A DNA stretch of 64,000 nt from an uncultured Acidobacteriota bacterium (GTDB lineage: Bacteria; Acidobacteriota; Thermoanaerobaculia; UBA5066; Gp7-AA6), in assembly GCA_963739435.1 (NCBI GenBank), contig CAVUAN010000024.1, forward strand, positions 39,486 through 103,485, read 5' to 3'. Shown piece after piece: positions 59,954 to 64,000 of this stretch (positions are counted from its first letter, which is position 1; each line of letters opens with the position of its first letter). Below the pieces are notes generated by a model, which was not told the DNA's origin, did no database searches, and saw nothing but the letters and a program-made list of their open reading frames with translations. The position numbers and the translations under genes are program-made.

Positions 59954-60937
59954 GTCACGAGCTGGCGCATGTCGCCTCGCCGCAGCGCCGGAAAATCAGG
60001 CGCTCCGTCGAGCGGGACCGCCTCGAGGCGGGCCAACGCTTCGAGAATGCGAGCCCGCTGGGGCCGGCCGCCGTGCGCGGCCACCTTCACGCCCCGGGCC
60101 TGGAGGCCGATCTCGCCCCCGCGGGAAAGAAGCACGAGGGCCTGGCCGGCGCAGCGCGAAACACGCCGCTCGAAGTCCTCGAGCGCCAGCGGGATCGGTC
60201 GGGTCGGGCATCGCGTTGTCGACAGCCAGGACGACGACGCGGTCCCGTTCCGCCTCGCGCTCCCGCACGATCCAACGCCGCATCCGCGCGGATTGCTTCC
60301 AATGCAGGTCGCGCAGATCGTCGCCGGGCACGAAGTCCCTCAGCGTGCGGATGTCGGAGCCGCCGCCGCGCCGTCTCGCGTGCGCGCGGCCGCCCACGGC
60401 TTCCTCGGGAGGGACCTCCGGCACGCCCAGGCGCTCGGGCAGCGGATACACCACGATCTCCCTTCCCAGCCGGGCGCGCTGGTACTTGCGGAAGAGGCCG
60501 AGAGGGAATCGCGAGAGGAGGCCCGCGTCCGGCCGCAGAACGACGCCGCGCCGCGGGAAGAGGCCCTCGATGATGACCTCTCTCTTTTCGCCTGGCTTCA
60601 ATGGGTCGATCCAGAGCGGTCCCGGCAGACCTTCGTGAAGGAAGAAGAGCGCCTGCGCCGTCTCCGCCGGGAGGCGGTTCTCGAGGCGCACTCGGAGGAG
60701 CGCGGGCCGCGTGGCCGTCACCTCGTCGATTGCCTCGATCTCGCAGGAAACGCCCCGCACGTTGCGGCGCGAGACGAATCCCGAGACAACCATCGCCGCG
60801 AGCATGGCCGACAGAACGACGTAGAGGTTGTTGTTGCCCGTGTTCGTCGCCGCAATCGCGACGACCAGACACATGAGGATGTAGCCCAATCCGAAGTTGG
60901 TGATCCGGATTTCCCAGTCAGGAATCAGCCGGGTCAC
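59950..60937 (-). CDS. DUF58 (vWA-like) protein, apparent frameshift near 60200
   Basis: A GTG at 60937 is proposed as the start, because the ATG at 60964 lies inside the repeat. Motifs: AATNTGNNNLYVV, LRDFVPGDDLRDLHWKQSAR and VVVLAVDN in ORF 59996..60964. The C-terminus PLALEDFERRVSRCAGQALVLLSRGGEIGL.. is in the frame of ORF 59950..60135. The stop overlaps the transglutaminase start. Confidence 0.82.
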
Positions 60938-60944
60938 GAGAAGA

Positions 60945-61029
60945 GTCCAAAGTCCAAAGTCCAAAGTCCAAAGTCAATGCCGGAGCCGGGCTGCCAGCTC
61001 CTTTGGACTTTCAACTTTGGACTTTGGAC
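60945..61029. repeat. Hairpin-forming element: 4 x GTCCAAA heptamers, ~29-nt loop, then 4 inverted heptamers (TTTGGAC/TTTCAAC)
   Basis: 60945-60972 is GTCCAAA x4. 61002-61029 is TTTGGAC TTTCAAC TTTGGAC TTTGGAC. It lies in the moxR-DUF58 intergenic region. Confidence 0.8.
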
Positions 61030-61036
61030 GCCCACG

Positions 61037-61984
61037 TCACACGGGGACTGGCGTCGAGCTGATGATCTTCTTTACGATCTCTCGCTCCCGGCCGCCCGCG
61101 CCGAAGCCGTCGGAGGCTGTCGAAAGAATGCGGTGCGCGAGCACGGGCTCGGCCACGGCCTGCACGTCATCGGGTGTCGCGTAGTCGCGTCCCGCCACGA
61201 GCGCATAGGCCTGAGCGGCGCGGAAGAACGCCTGGGCGCCGCGGGTCGAGACCGGCAGCCGCAGCTCCGGGTTTCTCCGGGTCGCCCGGACGAGGGCATG
61301 CAGGTAATCGAGCAGCGCGTCGGAGACCGTCACGTTCTCGGCGGTGTTCTGAAGCTTCAAGACCTCCTCCGGGCCGACGACCGCTGGAATCGCCGCCAGG
61401 GCGCGCTCGGTGCCGCCTCGGCGCAGCAGCATCTTCTCCTCGTCCTCGCCCGGGTAACCCAGCGACAGGCGCAGGAAGAAGCGGTCCATCTGCGATTCGG
61501 GCAGCGGGTAGGTCCCCAGGTACTCGACCGGGTTCTGCGTCGCCACGACCATGAAGGGCCTCGGCAGCTCGCGCCGCTCGGTCTCGACCGTCACGGCGCC
61601 TTCGTTCATGGCTTCGAGAAGCGCCGACTGCGTCTTGGGTGTGGCGCGGTTGATCTCATCGGCCAGCACGATGTTGGCGAAGATCGGCCCGGCGTGGAAC
61701 TCGAAGCGGTCCGCCGGCGCGTGGAAGACGGAAATGCCGAGCACGTCGGCCGGCAGCGTGTCGCTCGTGAACTGGATGCGCCGGAACTCGAGCGACAGGC
61801 TCTTACCAAGAGCGCGCGCCAGCGTCGTCTTGCCCACGCCCGGAACGTCCTCGATCAGGATGTGCCCGCGGGCGAGCAGGGCCGTCAGCAGCAGGTCCAC
61901 GGTTCGCTCCGCGCCGCGATAGACGAGCGTGATGTTGTCGCGCAGGCGGCGCAGCGTGACGGAATCCGGCGTTGGTGTCGGCAT
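61037..61984 (-). CDS. moxR: MoxR-family AAA+ ATPase
   Basis: 315 aa: EDVPGVGKT, VLADEINRATPKTQSALLEAM, FMVVATQNP.E..GTYPLPE.Q.DRF. Confidence 0.93.
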   Translation of the reverse strand: MPTPTPDSVTLRRLRDNITLVYRGAERTVDLLLTALLARGHILIEDVPGVGKTTLARALGKSLSLEFRRIQFTSDTLPADVLGISVFHAPADRFEFHAGPIFANIVLADEINRATPKTQSALLEAMNEGAVTVETERRELPRPFMVVATQNPVEYLGTYPLPESQMDRFFLRLSLGYPGEDEEKMLLRRGGTERALAAIPAVVGPEEVLKLQNTAENVTVSDALLDYLHALVRATRRNPELRLPVSTRGAQAFFRAAQAYALVAGRDYATPDDVQAVAEPVLAHRILSTASDGFGAGGREREIVKKIISSTPVPV

Positions 61985-61992
61985 CGGCCTCG

Positions 61993-62994
61993 CTACCCTT
62001 CCTTCTTTTCCGCCTGCTCCCGGCGCAGGCGCTCGACGGCGGCCCGAAGCTCTCCTTCCCGCTCGAACGGCATGACCAGGACCCCGTCGGGCCCGACCAC
62101 GACGGCGCTGTCGCGCACGCCCGGGGCGAGCACCGGCACATCCGAGACGATCAGGTTCCCGCGCTCATCCGAGGCGCCTTTCAAGTCCCGCACCGCGCGC
62201 CAGGTGCCGACGTCGCTCCAGCCGGCGCGCAGCGGCAGCGCCCGGACATGGGACGCCTTTTCCATGACCGCGTAGTCGATCGAGATCGACGGGAGCGCAG
62301 CGTAGGCCTCCCGAGCCCCGGCGTCGTCTCCCCTGGCGACCCGGTCGCGGTAAGCCACCACGCCGGCTGTCAGCTCCGGCGCGGCGCGGCGCGCCTCGCC
62401 GAGCAGGCGCGAGGGACGGAAGACGAAGATGCCGGCATTCCAGTAGTGGCCGGCGCGAACGTACTCCTCCGCCTGTGACTTCTCGGGTTTTTCGATGAAT
62501 CGCACCACGTCCAGGCCCTCGCCTCCCGCGCCCTCGCGGAGCTCGAGATAGCCGAAGTCGGTCTCGGGCCGGGCCGGCGGAACACCCAGCACGACGATCG
62601 ACGCCGAGTCGGCGGCGCGCGCCGCGGCGGTAAGGGCCTTGCGGAAAGCATCCGCGTCGGCGACGGTCTGATCGGAGGGAACGGTCGCCGTCACGTCGTC
62701 GCCTTCTTCTTCGAATCGCATCGCCGCGGCGAGGATCGCCGGGCCCGAGTTGCGGCGGCAGGGCTCTGCCATGATGCGGTCGGCCCGCAGGCCTCGAAGC
62801 TCCTTGCGGACTCGCGGGGTCAATTCAACCGTCGTCGCAACGAACACGGCCTTTGCGACGGGCTTGACGCGCTCGTAGGTGTCCGCCAGCAGGCTCTTCT
62901 GCGACAGGAGCGAAAGGAACTGCTTGGGCCGCTCCTCGGTCGAAAGCGGCCACATCCGCGTCCCACCCCCGCCGGCCATCAGCAACACCCTCAT
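61993..62994 (-). CDS. Mannose-1-phosphate guanylyltransferase (nucleotidyltransferase domain only)
   Basis: 333 aa: LMAGGGGTRMWPLS...PKQF, EP..RNSGPA, FGY and YWNAGIF.F. Confidence 0.85.
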   Translation of the reverse strand: MRVLLMAGGGGTRMWPLSTEERPKQFLSLLSQKSLLADTYERVKPVAKAVFVATTVELTPRVRKELRGLRADRIMAEPCRRNSGPAILAAAMRFEEEGDDVTATVPSDQTVADADAFRKALTAAARAADSASIVVLGVPPARPETDFGYLELREGAGGEGLDVVRFIEKPEKSQAEEYVRAGHYWNAGIFVFRPSRLLGEARRAAPELTAGVVAYRDRVARGDDAGAREAYAALPSISIDYAVMEKASHVRALPLRAGWSDVGTWRAVRDLKGASDERGNLIVSDVPVLAPGVRDSAVVVGPDGVLVMPFEREGELRAAVERLRREQAEKKEG

Positions 62995-62998
62995 GGAT

Positions 62999-63895
62999 CT
63001 AGTCCCACTTCAGCCCCAAAAGTTCCACCTCTGGAACAAGGGTAACCCCGAACTTCTCCCGCACCGCGTCCCGCATTGTCCGCATCAGGAACAAGACGTC
63101 TACGGCCGTCGCGCCGCCGGCGTTGACGATGACGTTGGCATGGCGCTCGGAGACGAGGGCCCCGCCCCGGCGCGTCCCCTTCAGGCCGCAGGCTTCGATC
63201 AGGCGGCCCGCGTAGTCGCCTGGAGGATTCTTGAAGACGCTTCCGGCGTTGGGCTCGGACGGGAGCGCCCCGCGGCGCTTCTCCGCCACGGCCTTCGTCT
63301 TTGCCTCGATCTCCTCTTTGGGCGCACTCGTGAGCGCCAGCACGGCCCACACCACGATCTCCCTGGTCTCGATCAAGCCCGACGTTCGATAGCCATGCGA
63401 GATCTCCGCGGCCGCGGCCGTGCGCGCCCGGCCCTCTCGCGAGACGAGGCGCACGCTCTCGAGCACCTGGAAGATCTCGCCACCGTAGGCGCCGGCGTTG
63501 ATGCGCACGGCGCCGCCTATCGAGGACGGGATCCCGGAGATCATTTCGAGGCCCGAGAGCCCCGCCCGCGCCGCCGCGGCGCACACGCCCCCGAGAGCCG
63601 CGCCGCCGCCGGCCTTGACCCGAGTGCCCTCGATTCCGACGGACAGGAACTCGCCTGCCAGGCGCACGACGAAGCCCGGAAAGCCTTCGTCGCCGACGAG
63701 GATGTTCGAGCCCATGCCGAGCAGGGCGAGCGGCTCGCCCGATTGCGCCGCCGCGTAAAGCACTCCCGTCAGGCCCTGCTCGGTGGCGACGCGGCAGTAG
63801 GCCCGCGCCGGCCCGCCGATGCGCCAGGTCGTGTGGCGCGAGAGCGGTTCGGCGATGAGAACGACCCCGTCCTCCGGGGCGAGGGACAGCTCCAT
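62999..63895 (-). CDS. murB: UDP-N-acetylenolpyruvoylglucosamine reductase
   Basis: 298 aa: TWRIGGPA, LGMGSNIL, GGAVRINAGAYGGE, GSVFKNP and HANVIVN. Confidence 0.93.
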   Translation of the reverse strand: MELSLAPEDGVVLIAEPLSRHTTWRIGGPARAYCRVATEQGLTGVLYAAAQSGEPLALLGMGSNILVGDEGFPGFVVRLAGEFLSVGIEGTRVKAGGGAALGGVCAAAARAGLSGLEMISGIPSSIGGAVRINAGAYGGEIFQVLESVRLVSREGRARTAAAAEISHGYRTSGLIETREIVVWAVLALTSAPKEEIEAKTKAVAEKRRGALPSEPNAGSVFKNPPGDYAGRLIEACGLKGTRRGGALVSERHANVIVNAGGATAVDVLFLMRTMRDAVREKFGVTLVPEVELLGLKWD

Positions 63896-64000
63896 CAGAG
63901 GCGGGTCAGCCCGAGAAAGCAGGCGGCTGCCGTCGTCCCGGCCGCCAGCAGCCCGGCGGCAACGTCGTCCATCACGACTCCCCAGCCCCCGGGCAGATCC
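63895..64000 (-). CDS. pgpA: Phosphatidylglycerophosphatase A, C-terminal fragment (gene starts beyond the window end)
   Basis: Manual minus-strand translation gives ..DLPGGWGVVMDDVAAGLLAAGTTAAACFLGLTRL*, which matches the PgpA C-terminal GG.G.M.DD..AG motif. The stop overlaps the murB start. Confidence 0.7.
   Translation of the reverse strand, partial: DLPGGWGVVMDDVAAGLLAAGTTAAACFLGLTRL

Noticed and set aside
60945-61029. Possible CRISPR array or tandem-repeat locus.
   Set aside because: The units are only 7 nt, directly abutting with no spacers, and arranged as an inverted repeat. This is a hairpin element, not a CRISPR array. No cas genes are in the window.

Overview
High-GC bacterial chromosomal window with about 60 genes. 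Taxonomy cannot be established from the sequence; the gene content and REP-like repeats look like an Acidobacteriota-like soil or sediment organism, which is inference only. Most of the window is housekeeping operons. They are: an arginine operon (argG, unknown P-loop gene, argC, argD, acyl-ornithine-type argF'); pfk, phosphoketolase and acetate kinase; an alpha-glucan cluster (glgB, GH57, glgP, malQ, pfkB-family kinase); Fe-S oxidoreductase with etfAB; the classical yceD-rpmF-plsX-fabHD(G)-acpP-fabF cluster; a polysaccharide glycosyltransferase operon; moxR, DUF58 and transglutaminase; and manC, murB and pgpA. The accessory locus worth attention lies at about 30.8-40.1 kb. It holds a tandem array of six small genes, five of them below the ORF-track size cutoff. 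Each encodes a Lys-rich leader of about 34 aa ending in a double-glycine motif. Next to the array, transcribed divergently, is an operon encoding a parvulin-like protein, a C39-peptidase ABC exporter with two N-terminal cyclic-nucleotide-binding domains, an HlyD adaptor, and a sensor-less sigma-54 activator. Further left are a seventh stand-alone GG-leader peptide gene and a Cys-rich protein with a PqqD-like C-terminus. Good -24/-12 sigma-54 promoters sit directly upstream of the array and of the seventh peptide. The predicted cores of the six arrayed peptides each resemble a different conserved segment of the T6SS tube protein Hcp. This is a motif-level comparison against Hcp1 recalled from memory and needs an HMM check. 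A second uncharacterised operon lies at 23.2-27.6 kb: hot-dog thioesterase-like, Cys-less AsnB/beta-lactam-synthetase-like PP-loop enzyme, radical SAM, and FAD oxidoreductase. Caveat: at least about 28 apparent frameshifts interrupt 13 otherwise well-conserved genes. These are most likely indel errors in the assembly, so the spans given for those genes are reconstructed. Coordinates that I counted by hand, and that are not taken from the ORF track, may be off by 1-2 nt.
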